Shown here: positions 52,669 through 64,000 of the stretch, piece after piece | Layout: the number at the start of each line of letters is the position of its first letter | Numbering within the stretch: position 1 is the stretch's first letter | DNA from: Escherichia coli | GTDB lineage: Bacteria; Pseudomonadota; Gammaproteobacteria; Enterobacterales; Enterobacteriaceae | Reading direction: 5' to 3' (one strand) | Length of the DNA stretch: 64,000 nt | Assembly: GCF_030013595.1 (NCBI RefSeq) | Contig: NZ_CP122768.1 | Notes under the pieces: generated by a model | Database searches by the model: none | What the model was told of the DNA's origin: nothing | Seen by the model: the letters and a program-made list of their open reading frames with translations, nothing else | Program-made: the position numbers and the translations under genes

Positions 52669-53724
52669 ATGGAAATAAGCTTTACCCGCGTGGCACTGCT
52701 GGCTGCCGCGCTCTTCTTTGTTGGTTGCGATCAAAAACCACAACCCGCCAAAACCCACGCTACTGAAGTTACCGTCCTTGAAGGCAAAACTATGGGTACC
52801 TTCTGGCGTGCCAGCATTCCGGGCATTGACGCCAAACGCAGTGCCGAACTTAAAGAAAAGATTCAAACCCAGCTGGACGCCGACGATCAGCTGCTTTCGA
52901 CCTATAAAAAAGATTCCGCGCTGATGCGATTTAACGACTCGCAAAGTTTATCGCCGTGGCCGGTAAGTGAAGCGATGGCCGATATCGTCACTACCTCGCT
53001 ACGCATTGGCGCGAAGACCGATGGCGCGATGGATATAACCGTCGGGCCGCTGGTGAATCTGTGGGGTTTCGGTCCGGAACAACAGCCGGTTCAAATTCCG
53101 AGCCAGGAACAGATCGATGCGATGAAAGCCAAAACCGGCTTACAGCACCTGACGGTGATTAATCAGTCCCACCAGCAATATCTGCAAAAAGACCTGCCGG
53201 ATTTATATGTCGATCTCTCTACCGTCGGTGAAGGTTATGCGGCGGATCACCTGGCACGCTTGATGGAGCAGGAAGGGATTTCCCGCTATCTGGTGTCGGT
53301 GGGCGGCGCGCTGAACAGCCGTGGTATGAACGGTGCAGGCCAGCCGTGGCGGGTAGCGATTCAAAAACCAACCGCTCAGGAAAATGCGGTTCAGGCGGTG
53401 GTGGATATCAACGGTCATGGCATTAGCACCTCTGGCAGCTACCGTAACTATTACGAACTGGACGGCAAACGTCTTTCCCATGTTATCGATCCGCAAACCG
53501 GGCGTCCCATCGAACACAATCTGGTATCCGTGACGGTGATTGCTCCGACGGCGCTGGAAGCCGATGCCTGGGATACTGGCTTGATGGTACTCGGGCCGGA
53601 GAAAGCCAAAGAGGTTGTTCGCCGGGAAGGGCTGGCGGTTTATATGATCACCAAAGAAGACGATAGCTTTAAAACCTGGATGTCACCACAGTTTAAAAGC
53701 TTCCTTGTCAGCGAAAAAAATTAA
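52669..53724 (+). CDS. apbE: FAD:protein FMN transferase lipoprotein
   Basis: 351-aa ORF with lipobox FFVGC; GAGGA upstream of the ATG. Confidence 0.9.
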   Translation: MEISFTRVALLAAALFFVGCDQKPQPAKTHATEVTVLEGKTMGTFWRASIPGIDAKRSAELKEKIQTQLDADDQLLSTYKKDSALMRFNDSQSLSPWPVSEAMADIVTTSLRIGAKTDGAMDITVGPLVNLWGFGPEQQPVQIPSQEQIDAMKAKTGLQHLTVINQSHQQYLQKDLPDLYVDLSTVGEGYAADHLARLMEQEGISRYLVSVGGALNSRGMNGAGQPWRVAIQKPTAQENAVQAVVDINGHGISTSGSYRNYYELDGKRLSHVIDPQTGRPIEHNLVSVTVIAPTALEADAWDTGLMVLGPEKAKEVVRREGLAVYMITKEDDSFKTWMSPQFKSFLVSEKN

Positions 53725-53731
53725 AGCGCAA
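53719..53731 (+). promoter_or_regulatory. Ada box (AAT-N6-GCAA / AAAGCGCA) upstream of ada
   Basis: aattaaagcgcaa lies about 70 nt upstream of the ada ATG and overlaps the apbE stop. Confidence 0.5.
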
Positions 53732-53797
53732 GATTGTTGGTTTTTGCGTGATGGTGACCGGGCAGACTAAAGGCTATCCTTAACCAAGGAGCTGATT

Positions 53798-54862
53798 ATG
53801 AAAAACGCCACATGCTTAACTGACGATCAACGCTGGCAATCTGTCTTAGCCCGCGACCCGAATGCCGACGGCGAATTCGTTTTCGCCGTGCGCACCACGG
53901 GTATCTTTTGCCGTCCGTCTTGCCGCGCCAGACATGCCTTGCGGGAAAATGTCTCCTTCTACGCAAATGCCAGCGAGGCACTCGCCGCCGGATTTCGCCC
54001 CTGCAAACGTTGTCAGCCAGACAAAGCCAATCCCCGGCAACATCGCCTTGATAAAATTACCCACGCCTGCCGACTGCTGGAACAGGAAACGCCTGTAACG
54101 CTGGAGGCCTTAGCCGATCAGGTGGCGATGAGTCCGTTCCATCTGCATCGATTGTTTAAAGCCACCACCGGGATGACACCGAAAGCCTGGCAACAGGCCT
54201 GGCGCGCTCGCCGTTTGCGCGAGTCGTTAGCGAAAGGGGAGAGCGTGACTACATCTATTCTTAACGCCGGATTCCCCGACAGCAGCAGTTACTACCGCAA
54301 AGCCGACGAAACGCTGGGCATGACGGCTAAACAATTCCGTCACGGTGGCGAAAATCTGGCGGTGCGTTACGCGCTGGCTGATTGTGAGCTGGGCCGTTGC
54401 CTGGTGGCAGAAAGCGAGCGGGGGATTTGCGCGATATTGCTGGGCGATGATGACGCGACACTAATCAGCGAGTTGCAGCAGATGTTTCCCGCTGCCGACA
54501 AAGCGCCTGCCGATCTGACGTTTCAGCAACATGTGCGTGAAGTGATCGCCAGCCTCAATCAACGCGATACGCCGCTGACGTTACCGCTGGATATTCGCGG
54601 CACTGCTTTTCAGCAACAAGTCTGGCAGGCACTGCGCACGATACCTTGTGGTGAAACCGTCAGTTATCAGCAACTGGCGAACGCCATCGGCAAACCGAAA
54701 GCGGTACGTGCCGTTGCCAGCGCCTGTGCCGCCAACAAGCTGGCTATCATAATACCCTGTCATCGGGTGGTCCGTGGTGATGGCACACTTTCCGGTTACC
54801 GCTGGGGCGTGTCGCGCAAAGCGCAACTGCTGCGCCGCGAAGTTGAAAATGAGGAGAGGTAA
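53798..54862 (+). CDS. ada: bifunctional Ada regulator / O6-methylguanine-DNA methyltransferase
   Basis: 354-aa ORF: N-terminal Cys cluster (CRPSCRARH..C..C), C-terminal active site PCHRV. Confidence 0.93.
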   Translation: MKNATCLTDDQRWQSVLARDPNADGEFVFAVRTTGIFCRPSCRARHALRENVSFYANASEALAAGFRPCKRCQPDKANPRQHRLDKITHACRLLEQETPVTLEALADQVAMSPFHLHRLFKATTGMTPKAWQQAWRARRLRESLAKGESVTTSILNAGFPDSSSYYRKADETLGMTAKQFRHGGENLAVRYALADCELGRCLVAESERGICAILLGDDDATLISELQQMFPAADKAPADLTFQQHVREVIASLNQRDTPLTLPLDIRGTAFQQQVWQALRTIPCGETVSYQQLANAIGKPKAVRAVASACAANKLAIIIPCHRVVRGDGTLSGYRWGVSRKAQLLRREVENEER

Positions 54863-55512
54863 TGTTGGATCTGTTTGCCGATGCTGAACCGTGGCAAGAG
54901 CCACTGGCGGCTGGAGCGGTGATTTTACGGCGTTTTGCTTTTAACGCTGCGGAGCAACTGATCCGCGATATTAATGATGTTGCCAGCCAGTCGCCGTTTC
55001 GCCAGATGGTCACTCCAGGCGGATATACCATGTCGGTGGCGATGACCAACTGTGGGCATCTGGGCTGGACGACCCATCGGCAAGGTTATCTCTATTCGCC
55101 CATTGATCCGCAAACAAATAAACCGTGGCCCGCCATGCCACAAAGCTTTCATGATTTATGTCAACGTGCGGCTACGGCGGCGGGCTATCCAGATTTCCAG
55201 CCAGATGCTTGTCTTATCAACCGCTACGCTCCTGGCGCGAAACTGTCGCTGCATCAGGATAAAGACGAACCGGATCTGCGCGCGCCGATTGTTTCTGTTT
55301 CTCTGGGCTTACCCGCGATTTTTCAATTTGGCGGCCTGAAACGAAATGATCCGCTAAAACGTTTGTTGTTGGAACATGGCGATGTGGTGGTATGGGGCGG
55401 TGAATCGCGGCTGTTTTATCATGGCATTCAACCGTTGAAAGCGGGGTTTCATCCACTCGCCGGCGACTGCCGCTACAACCTGACATTCCGGCAGGCAGGT
55501 AAAAAAGAATAA
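54862..55512 (+). CDS. alkB: Fe(II)/2-oxoglutarate-dependent DNA/RNA demethylase
   Basis: 216-aa ORF with HQDKDE (His-x-Asp) motif; ATG overlaps the ada stop by 1 nt. Confidence 0.93.
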   Translation: MLDLFADAEPWQEPLAAGAVILRRFAFNAAEQLIRDINDVASQSPFRQMVTPGGYTMSVAMTNCGHLGWTTHRQGYLYSPIDPQTNKPWPAMPQSFHDLCQRAATAAGYPDFQPDACLINRYAPGAKLSLHQDKDEPDLRAPIVSVSLGLPAIFQFGGLKRNDPLKRLLLEHGDVVVWGGESRLFYHGIQPLKAGFHPLAGDCRYNLTFRQAGKKE

Positions 55513-55587
55513 AAATAAGAATTATTATTGCTGTGTGCGCGAAGATGTTTAAACTGCGGGCTGTAATTCATTGTCCGGGTTTTCTGC

Positions 55588-57231
55588 ATGGAACTTCTTG
55601 TACTTGTCTGGCGGCAGTATCGCTGGCCATTTATCAGTGTGATGGCGCTAAGCCTCGCCAGTGCGGCTTTAGGCATTGGCTTAATTGCTTTTATCAATCA
55701 GCGCCTTATCGAAACGGCGGATACCAGTCTGCTGGTGTTGCCGGAGTTTCTGGGATTATTGCTGCTGTTGATGGCAGTCACTCTCGGATCGCAACTGGCG
55801 CTCACCACTTTGGGGCATCACTTCGTTTACCGACTGCGTAGTGAATTTATCAAGCGGATTCTCGATACTCACGTTGAGCGCATTGAACAACTCGGTAGCG
55901 CCTCGTTGCTGGCGGGATTAACCAGCGATGTGCGCAATATCACCATTGCTTTTGTGCGTCTGCCGGAACTGGTGCAGGGGATCATCCTCACTATCGGTTC
56001 CGCGGCGTACTTGTGGATGCTGTCGGGCAAAATGTTGCTGGTAACGGCTATCTGGATGGCAGTCACCATCTGGGGCGGTTTTATACTGGTGGCGCGGGTG
56101 TACAAACATATGGCGACCCTGCGTGAAACCGAAGATAAGCTGTACACGGATTTTCAAACCGTACTCGAAGGGCGCAAAGAGCTGACTCTGAACCGTGAAC
56201 GCGCCGAGTATGTGTTTAACAACCTCTACATTCCTGATGCGCAAGAATATCGCCATCATATTATCCGCGCAGACACCTTCCATCTTAGTGCCGTGAACTG
56301 GTCAAACATCATGATGCTGGGCGCAATCGGTCTGGTGTTCTGGATGGCGAACAGTCTCGGTTGGGCTGATACCAACGTTGCCGCGACCTATTCGTTGACG
56401 CTGTTATTCCTGCGTACGCCGCTGCTTTCGGCGGTTGGTGCATTACCGACGCTGCTGACGGCGCAGGTGGCGTTTAACAAGCTGAACAAATTCGCACTCG
56501 CGCCTTTCAAAGCAGAGTTTCCGCGCCCACAGGCGTTTCCCAACTGGCAAACGCTGGAGCTGCGTAACGTGACGTTTGCTTATCAGGATAACGCGTTTTC
56601 CGTTGGGCCGATTAACCTCACCATCAAACGTGGCGAGCTGCTGTTTCTGATTGGCGGCAACGGTAGCGGAAAATCGACGCTGGCGATGTTGCTGACGGGC
56701 TTGTATCAGCCACAAAGCGGCGAAATCTTGCTGGATGGCAACCCTGTCAGCGGCGAACAACCGGAAGATTATCGCAAACTGTTTTCGGCAGTGTTTACCG
56801 ATGTCTGGCTGTTCGATCAACTGTTGGGGCCGGAGGGTCAACCCGCTAACCCGCAACTGATTGAGAAGTGGCTGGTGCAGCTGAAAATGGCTCATAAGCT
56901 TGAGTTAAGCAACGGGCGTATTGTTAACCTGAAGTTATCAAAAGGGCAGAAAAAACGCGTCGCGCTGTTGCTGGCGCTGGCAGAAGAACGCGATATTATC
57001 CTGCTGGATGAATGGGCGGCGGATCAGGATCCACACTTCCGTCGTGAGTTTTATCAGGTGTTGCTGCCGCTGATGCAGGAGATGGGTAAAACTATTTTCG
57101 CCATCAGTCATGATGATCATTACTTTATCCACGCCGACCGCCTGCTGGAAATGCGCAACGGGCAACTTAGCGAGCTGACGGGCGAAGAGCGCGATGCCGC
57201 TTCGCGTGATGCTATTGCCCGGACGGCATAA
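55588..57231 (+). CDS. yojI: ABC transporter (fused permease and ATPase), peptide/microcin exporter type
   Basis: 547-aa ORF: N-terminal transmembrane half, Walker [10 protein letters not shown], signature region LSKGQKKR, Walker B ILLLDE. Confidence 0.88.
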   Translation: MELLVLVWRQYRWPFISVMALSLASAALGIGLIAFINQRLIETADTSLLVLPEFLGLLLLLMAVTLGSQLALTTLGHHFVYRLRSEFIKRILDTHVERIEQLGSASLLAGLTSDVRNITIAFVRLPELVQGIILTIGSAAYLWMLSGKMLLVTAIWMAVTIWGGFILVARVYKHMATLRETEDKLYTDFQTVLEGRKELTLNRERAEYVFNNLYIPDAQEYRHHIIRADTFHLSAVNWSNIMMLGAIGLVFWMANSLGWADTNVAATYSLTLLFLRTPLLSAVGALPTLLTAQVAFNKLNKFALAPFKAEFPRPQAFPNWQTLELRNVTFAYQDNAFSVGPINLTIKRGELLFLIGGNGSGKSTLAMLLTGLYQPQSGEILLDGNPVSGEQPEDYRKLFSAVFTDVWLFDQLLGPEGQPANPQLIEKWLVQLKMAHKLELSNGRIVNLKLSKGQKKRVALLLALAEERDIILLDEWAADQDPHFRREFYQVLLPLMQEMGKTIFAISHDDHYFIHADRLLEMRNGQLSELTGEERDAASRDAIARTA

Positions 57232-57436
57232 TATTACGACGCTGACCTGGCGGACTGCTGCCGCCAGGTCAATATGCTAAAAATCCCTTCATTTCTAATA
57301 ACCCTATAATTAATCAACGAAATTATAATGTTTCTAAAATTAGAATATAATTTATAAACATTATTTAAATGTTGTTACTTAAGTGTTACCGTTGATGCCG
57401 CGCAAATCTCACCTGCAATAAAGCGACTAAAAGTAA

Positions 57437-59095
<1,659 letters not shown>

Positions 59096-59099
59096 TGAT

Positions 59100-59226
59100 A
59101 TGCCACATCCGGCATGGTATGCCGGATGTGGCTTATGCTGATAAGACGCGCCATCGTCGCATCAGTCAACCGGCTCGGGCGTTAGATGTCGGATGCGGCG
59201 TGACCGCCTTATCCGACCTACGGGGT
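59100..59226. repeat. REP cluster (BIME) between mqo and eco
   Basis: Several REP palindromes (tgccacatccggcatggtatgccggatgtggc; gataagacgcgcc..; ggatgcggcgtgaccgccttatccgacctac). Confidence 0.8.
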
Positions 59227-59244
59227 GCCGCACTTCACAGCAGT

Positions 59245-59733
59245 TTAGCGAACTACCGCGTTGTCAATTTTCTCTTCCGCCTTCCAGATGCGGTATTTCA
59301 CATCCACATTGTCTGGCGTATACACCACGATCGGCAGCTTGCTGTTGTAACGCAGCATTCCAGCATCGCCCAGATACGCGGTGACAAATTTCTTCTCTTT
59401 TTTGCCATCCGGGCAGGCCATCATCGTGGAAACCGGGGAACTGACTTTATCAAAGACATAATAATCATAGCCCCAGCCTTCCAGCGTTTTGCTTTCCAGC
59501 TTCCCGCCGAGACGATGCAAATTGCAATCGACTTCCAGCGTCTGACCGATTAACAGTTCTACTTTCAGGGTAGATTCATCTTTTTGCGGGGTTAACTGAA
59601 TCACCTGACGCTTCATGCCTTTTTCAGCTTGTGGATAAGGCGCGATTTTTTCCAGTGGCTGGACACTCTCTGCCGCCCAGGCGGAAGTGGTGGCGAAAGC
59701 GGCAAACAATACTGCAGGTAGAATGGTCTTCAT
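59245..59733 (-). CDS. eco: ecotin, periplasmic serine protease inhibitor
   Basis: 162-aa ORF with signal peptide [20 protein letters not shown]. Confidence 0.92.
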   Translation of the reverse strand: MKTILPAVLFAAFATTSAWAAESVQPLEKIAPYPQAEKGMKRQVIQLTPQKDESTLKVELLIGQTLEVDCNLHRLGGKLESKTLEGWGYDYYVFDKVSSPVSTMMACPDGKKEKKFVTAYLGDAGMLRYNSKLPIVVYTPDNVDVKYRIWKAEEKIDNAVVR

Positions 59734-59992
59734 TTTTTTGCTTTCCTTCTTTATTTATAGGTTTTCACCGATGATGTCGCTGAAGGTTAACATATTCATC
59801 AGATTTATTAATTTGCTTTATGAATAACTTAAAGAACATTCAGACAATTTTACCTGCTCTTTTAGTGTTAAATTCTGATGAGGGAGCAAACCGACATAAA
59901 TATCTCTGGTGAATTAATCGCTATATAAATATGTTTATAACCATTTGAAATGTGAGCAAAAGCCAGTTTTTGCCACGCTTCCCGCCACTCTT

Positions 59993-60028
59993 TTGATCCT
60001 GCTACAGGTTTTACCCCGATCGGGGTAT
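59993..60028 (+). promoter_or_regulatory. napF control region: candidate FNR site and NarP/NarL 7-2-7 palindrome
   Basis: TTGATcctgCTACA at 59993..60006 is a degenerate FNR site; TACCCCG-AT-CGGGGTA at 60013..60028 is a perfect palindrome; centres are 20 bp apart. Confidence 0.6.
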
Positions 60029-60140
60029 GCATCTTTGACACATCCTTTAATATCTTAGCGGCTATAAAAATGGCTTATTAATTATGCGGTTTATTTGGTC
60101 GCTCTCAATTTTCAGAGCGCGTTAATGATGGAAGGTCAAT

Positions 60141-60635
60141 GTGAAGATTGATGCATCCCGTCGGGGCATACTCACTGGTCGCTGGCGCAAAGCCAGTAAC
60201 GGTATCCGTCCGCCCTGGTCCGGTGATGAATCTCATTTTCTGACCCATTGCACCCGCTGCGACGCCTGTATTAATGCTTGTGAAAACAACATTCTGCAAC
60301 GCGGCGCGGGCGGCTATCCGAGCGTTAACTTCAAAAATAACGAGTGCAGCTTCTGTTACGCCTGCGCGCAGGCTTGCCCCGAATCGCTATTTTCTCCGCG
60401 CCACACCAGGGCCTGGGATTTGCAGTTCACCATTGGGGACGCGTGCCTGGCGTATCAGTCAGTTGAATGCCGCCGCTGTCAGGATAGCTGTGAGCCAATG
60501 GCAATTATCTTTCGCCCGACGCTCTCCGGGATCTACCAGCCGCAACTTAATAGCCAACTTTGCAACGGATGTGGAGCATGTGCAGCCAGCTGTCCGGTAT
60601 CAGCCATAACTGCGGAGTATCTCCATGCACACTAA
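60141..60635 (+). CDS. napF: ferredoxin-type protein of the periplasmic nitrate reductase system
   Basis: 164-aa ORF with GTG start and multiple CxxCxxCxxxCP clusters. Confidence 0.9.
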   Translation: MKIDASRRGILTGRWRKASNGIRPPWSGDESHFLTHCTRCDACINACENNILQRGAGGYPSVNFKNNECSFCYACAQACPESLFSPRHTRAWDLQFTIGDACLAYQSVECRRCQDSCEPMAIIFRPTLSGIYQPQLNSQLCNGCGACAASCPVSAITAEYLHAH

Positions 60636-60888
60636 CTGGCAAGTTTGCAGCCTGGTCGTGCAGGCCAAAAGCGAACGAATTTCAGACATCAGCACCCAAC
60701 TGAACGCCTTTCCCGGCTGTGAAGTTGCTGTCAGCGACGCGCCGAGCGGTCAGTTGATTGTGGTGGTGGAAGCAGAAGACAGCGAAACGCTGATTCAAAC
60801 CATTGAGTCAGTACGCAACGTAGAGGGCGTGCTGGCGGTGTCGCTGGTTTATCACCAGCAGGAAGAGCAAGGTGAGGAAACACCATGA
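60625..60888 (+). CDS. napD: NapA maturation chaperone
   Basis: 87-aa ORF overlapping napF by 11 nt and napA by 4 nt. Confidence 0.9.
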   Translation: MHTNWQVCSLVVQAKSERISDISTQLNAFPGCEVAVSDAPSGQLIVVVEAEDSETLIQTIESVRNVEGVLAVSLVYHQQEEQGEETP

Positions 60889-63371
60889 AACTCAGTCGTC
60901 GTAGCTTTATGAAAGCTAACGCCGTTGCGGCCGCTGCGGCGGCTGCCGGTCTCAGCGTGCCGGGCGTTGCCCGCGCCGTTGTTGGTCAGCAGGAAGCCAT
61001 TAAATGGGATAAAGCGCCGTGCCGTTTCTGCGGTACTGGTTGCGGCGTTCTGGTCGGAACGCAGCAGGGGCGTGTGGTGGCCTGTCAGGGCGACCCGGAC
61101 GCACCGGTTAACCGTGGTCTGAACTGCATTAAGGGCTATTTCCTGCCCAAAATCATGTACGGTAAAGACCGTTTGACGCAGCCGCTTCTGCGTATGAAAA
61201 ACGGTAAATATGACAAAGAAGGCGAATTTACCCCAATCACCTGGGATCAGGCCTTCGATGTGATGGAAGAGAAATTCAAAACCGCCCTGAAAGAAAAAGG
61301 GCCGGAATCGATCGGTATGTTCGGTTCTGGTCAGTGGACTATCTGGGAAGGTTATGCCGCGTCCAAGCTGTTTAAAGCGGGATTCCGTTCGAACAACATC
61401 GACCCGAACGCGCGTCACTGTATGGCGTCGGCGGTAGTTGGCTTTATGCGTACCTTTGGTATGGATGAGCCGATGGGCTGCTATGACGACATCGAGCAGG
61501 CTGATGCGTTTGTGCTGTGGGGCGCGAACATGGCGGAGATGCACCCGATCCTCTGGTCGCGCATCACTAACCGTCGTCTCTCCAACCAGAACGTCACCGT
61601 GGCGGTGCTTTCTACCTACCAGCATCGTAGCTTCGAGCTGGCGGATAACGGCATCATCTTTACGCCGCAATCAGACCTGGTGATCCTGAACTACATCGCC
61701 AACTATATCATTCAAAACAATGCGATAAATCAGGACTTCTTTAGCAAACACGTTAACCTGCGCAAAGGGGCGACGGACATCGGCTACGGTTTACGTCCGA
61801 CCCATCCGCTGGAAAAAGCAGCGAAGAATCCGGGTTCTGATGCTTCCGAACCGATGAGCTTTGAAGATTACAAAGCCTTCGTTGCTGAGTATACGCTGGA
61901 AAAAACCGCTGAAATGACCGGCGTGCCGAAAGACCAGTTAGAACAACTGGCGCAGCTGTATGCCGATCCGAACAAGAAAGTCATCTCCTACTGGACGATG
62001 GGCTTCAACCAGCATACTCGTGGCGTGTGGGCCAACAACCTGGTCTACAACCTGCACCTGCTGACCGGCAAAATTTCCCAGCCGGGTTGCGGTCCGTTCT
62101 CCCTGACCGGGCAGCCTTCCGCGTGTGGTACTGCGCGTGAAGTGGGCACCTTTGCTCACCGTCTGCCTGCGGACATGGTGGTAACTAACGAGAAACATCG
62201 TGATATCTGCGAGAAGAAGTGGAATATCCCGAGCGGCACCATTCCGGCGAAAATCGGTCTGCATGCGGTAGCACAAGACCGTGCGCTGAAAGACGGCAAG
62301 CTGAATGTTTACTGGACCATGTGTACCAACAACATGCAGGCCGGGCCGAACATCAATGAAGAGCGTATGCCGGGCTGGCGCGATCCGCGCAACTTCATCA
62401 TCGTCTCCGATCCGTATCCGACAGTCAGTGCGCTGGCCGCCGACTTGATCCTGCCGACCGCAATGTGGGTAGAGAAAGAGGGGGCTTACGGTAACGCCGA
62501 ACGCCGTACTCAGTTCTGGCGTCAGCAGGTACAGGCACCGGGCGAAGCGAAATCGGATCTCTGGCAGTTAGTCCAGTTCTCCCGCCGCTTCAAAACAGAA
62601 GAAGTATGGCCGGAAGAGCTGCTGGCGAAGAAACCGGAACTGCGTGGCAAAACGCTGTACGAAGTGCTGTATGCCACCCCCGAAGTGAGCAAATACCCGG
62701 TATCCGAACTGGCGGAAGATCAGCTGAACGATGAATCCCGCGAGCTGGGCTTCTATCTGCAAAAAGGGCTGTTCGAAGAGTACGCATGGTTTGGTCGCGG
62801 TCACGGTCACGATCTCGCGCCGTTCGATGACTACCACAAAGCGCGCGGTCTGCGCTGGCCGGTGGTGAACGGTAAAGAAACGCAGTGGCGTTACAGCGAA
62901 GGTAACGACCCGTACGTGAAAGCGGGCGAAGGCTACAAGTTCTACGGTAAACCGGATGGCAAAGCGGTGATCTTCGCACTGCCATTCGAACCGGCGGCGG
63001 AAGCACCGGATGAAGAGTACGACCTGTGGCTCTCTACCGGACGCGTTCTGGAGCACTGGCACACCGGCAGTATGACTCGCCGTGTACCGGAACTGCACCG
63101 CGCCTTCCCGGAAGCGGTCCTGTTTATTCACCCGCTGGATGCGAAAGCGCGCGATCTGCGTCGTGGCGACAAAGTGAAAGTGGTTTCTCGCCGTGGCGAA
63201 GTGATCTCGATTGTCGAAACGCGCGGTCGTAACCGTCCGCCGCAGGGCCTGGTATACATGCCGTTCTTCGACGCCGCACAGCTGGTTAACAAACTGACGC
63301 TGGACGCGACCGATCCGCTCTCGAAAGAGACGGACTTCAAGAAGTGCGCGGTCAAACTGGAGAAGGTGTAA
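60885..63371 (+). CDS. napA: periplasmic nitrate reductase catalytic subunit
   Basis: 828-aa ORF: Tat signal [19 protein letters not shown], 4Fe-4S motif CRFCGTGC, molybdopterin oxidoreductase body. Confidence 0.95.
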   Translation: MKLSRRSFMKANAVAAAAAAAGLSVPGVARAVVGQQEAIKWDKAPCRFCGTGCGVLVGTQQGRVVACQGDPDAPVNRGLNCIKGYFLPKIMYGKDRLTQPLLRMKNGKYDKEGEFTPITWDQAFDVMEEKFKTALKEKGPESIGMFGSGQWTIWEGYAASKLFKAGFRSNNIDPNARHCMASAVVGFMRTFGMDEPMGCYDDIEQADAFVLWGANMAEMHPILWSRITNRRLSNQNVTVAVLSTYQHRSFELADNGIIFTPQSDLVILNYIANYIIQNNAINQDFFSKHVNLRKGATDIGYGLRPTHPLEKAAKNPGSDASEPMSFEDYKAFVAEYTLEKTAEMTGVPKDQLEQLAQLYADPNKKVISYWTMGFNQHTRGVWANNLVYNLHLLTGKISQPGCGPFSLTGQPSACGTAREVGTFAHRLPADMVVTNEKHRDICEKKWNIPSGTIPAKIGLHAVAQDRALKDGKLNVYWTMCTNNMQAGPNINEERMPGWRDPRNFIIVSDPYPTVSALAADLILPTAMWVEKEGAYGNAERRTQFWRQQVQAPGEAKSDLWQLVQFSRRFKTEEVWPEELLAKKPELRGKTLYEVLYATPEVSKYPVSELAEDQLNDESRELGFYLQKGLFEEYAWFGRGHGHDLAPFDDYHKARGLRWPVVNGKETQWRYSEGNDPYVKAGEGYKFYGKPDGKAVIFALPFEPAAEAPDEEYDLWLSTGRVLEHWHTGSMTRRVPELHRAFPEAVLFIHPLDAKARDLRRGDKVKVVSRRGEVISIVETRGRNRPPQGLVYMPFFDAAQLVNKLTLDATDPLSKETDFKKCAVKLEKV

Positions 63372-63377
63372 GCCATT

Positions 63378-64000
63378 ATGTCCCGGTCAGCGAAACCTCA
63401 AAATGGTCGCCGCCGCTTTCTGCGCGATGTCGTTCGCACAGCAGGCGGGCTGGCTGCCGTGGGTGTGGCGCTGGGGTTACAACAGCAAACCGCACGCGCA
63501 TCTGGCGTGCGGTTGCGCCCGCCCGGAGCCATAAACGAGAACGCCTTTGCCAGTGCCTGTGTGCGTTGCGGTCAGTGTGTTCAGGCTTGCCCTTACGACA
63601 CCTTAAAACTGGCGACGCTGGCCTCTGGCCTGTCGGCGGGCACGCCATATTTTGTTGCACGGGATATTCCTTGCGAAATGTGTGAGGACATTCCGTGCGC
63701 CAAAGTGTGCCCGAGCGGTGCGCTGGATCGTGAGATCGAATCGATCGACGACGCGCGGATGGGGCTGGCGGTGCTGGTGGATCAGGAAAACTGTCTCAAC
63801 TTTCAGGGGCTGCGCTGCGATGTTTGTTATCGCGAATGCCCGAAAATTGATGAGGCCATCACCCTGGAGCTGGAGCGCAACACGCGTACCGGTAAGCACG
63901 CCCGCTTTCTGCCGACGGTTCACAGCGACGCCTGTACCGGTTGCGGTAAGTGCGAAAAAGTGTGCGTGCTGGAACAACCGGCAATCAAGGTGTTACCGCT
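63378..64000 (+). CDS. napG: ferredoxin-type subunit NapG, truncated by the window end
   Basis: Open frame from ATG 63378 to the window edge ([18 protein letters not shown].. Tat-like RRxFLR, CxxCxxCxxxCP clusters); no stop inside the window. Confidence 0.85.

Overview
This 64-kb window reads as a contiguous stretch of Escherichia coli chromosome, colinear with (and reverse-complemented relative to) the K-12 rhm-glp-nrd-gyrA-ato-rcs-ompC-nap neighbourhood. Gene identities were assigned by reading the supplied six-frame translations for family motifs and by recall of E. coli proteins; no database search was run. Gene order: rhmR(frameshifted)-rhmD-rhmT-rhmA | ypaA-rpnB | glpCBA <> glpTQ | LysR regulator <> MFS transporter | inaA | yfaE-nrdB-nrdA | yfaL | ubiG | gyrA | yfaA-yfaT-yfaS-yfaQ-yfaP | atoB-E-A-D-C-S | rcsC | rcsB-rcsD | micF <> ompC | apbE | ada-alkB | yojI | mqo | eco | napF-D-A-G(partial). 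The ORF track reports GTG/TTG starts as M, so several starts were moved to the ATG that has a ribosome-binding site and matches the expected protein length. I found no rRNA, tRNA, CRISPR array, IS element or prophage. The most interesting content is (1) an intact five-gene alpha-2-macroglobulin-like envelope operon (yfaATSQP) whose function is unassigned, (2) the Rpn nuclease gene rpnB with an internal SD+ATG and a duplicated small tail gene (ypaA), both carrying a 24-nt tandem repeat array, (3) a LysR+MFS pair (MFS gene bracketed by a 19-bp direct repeat) at the position where, from recall, K-12 has only the yfaH pseudogene, and (4) a +1 frameshift in a G5 run splitting rhmR. The remainder is well-known core metabolism and regulation.
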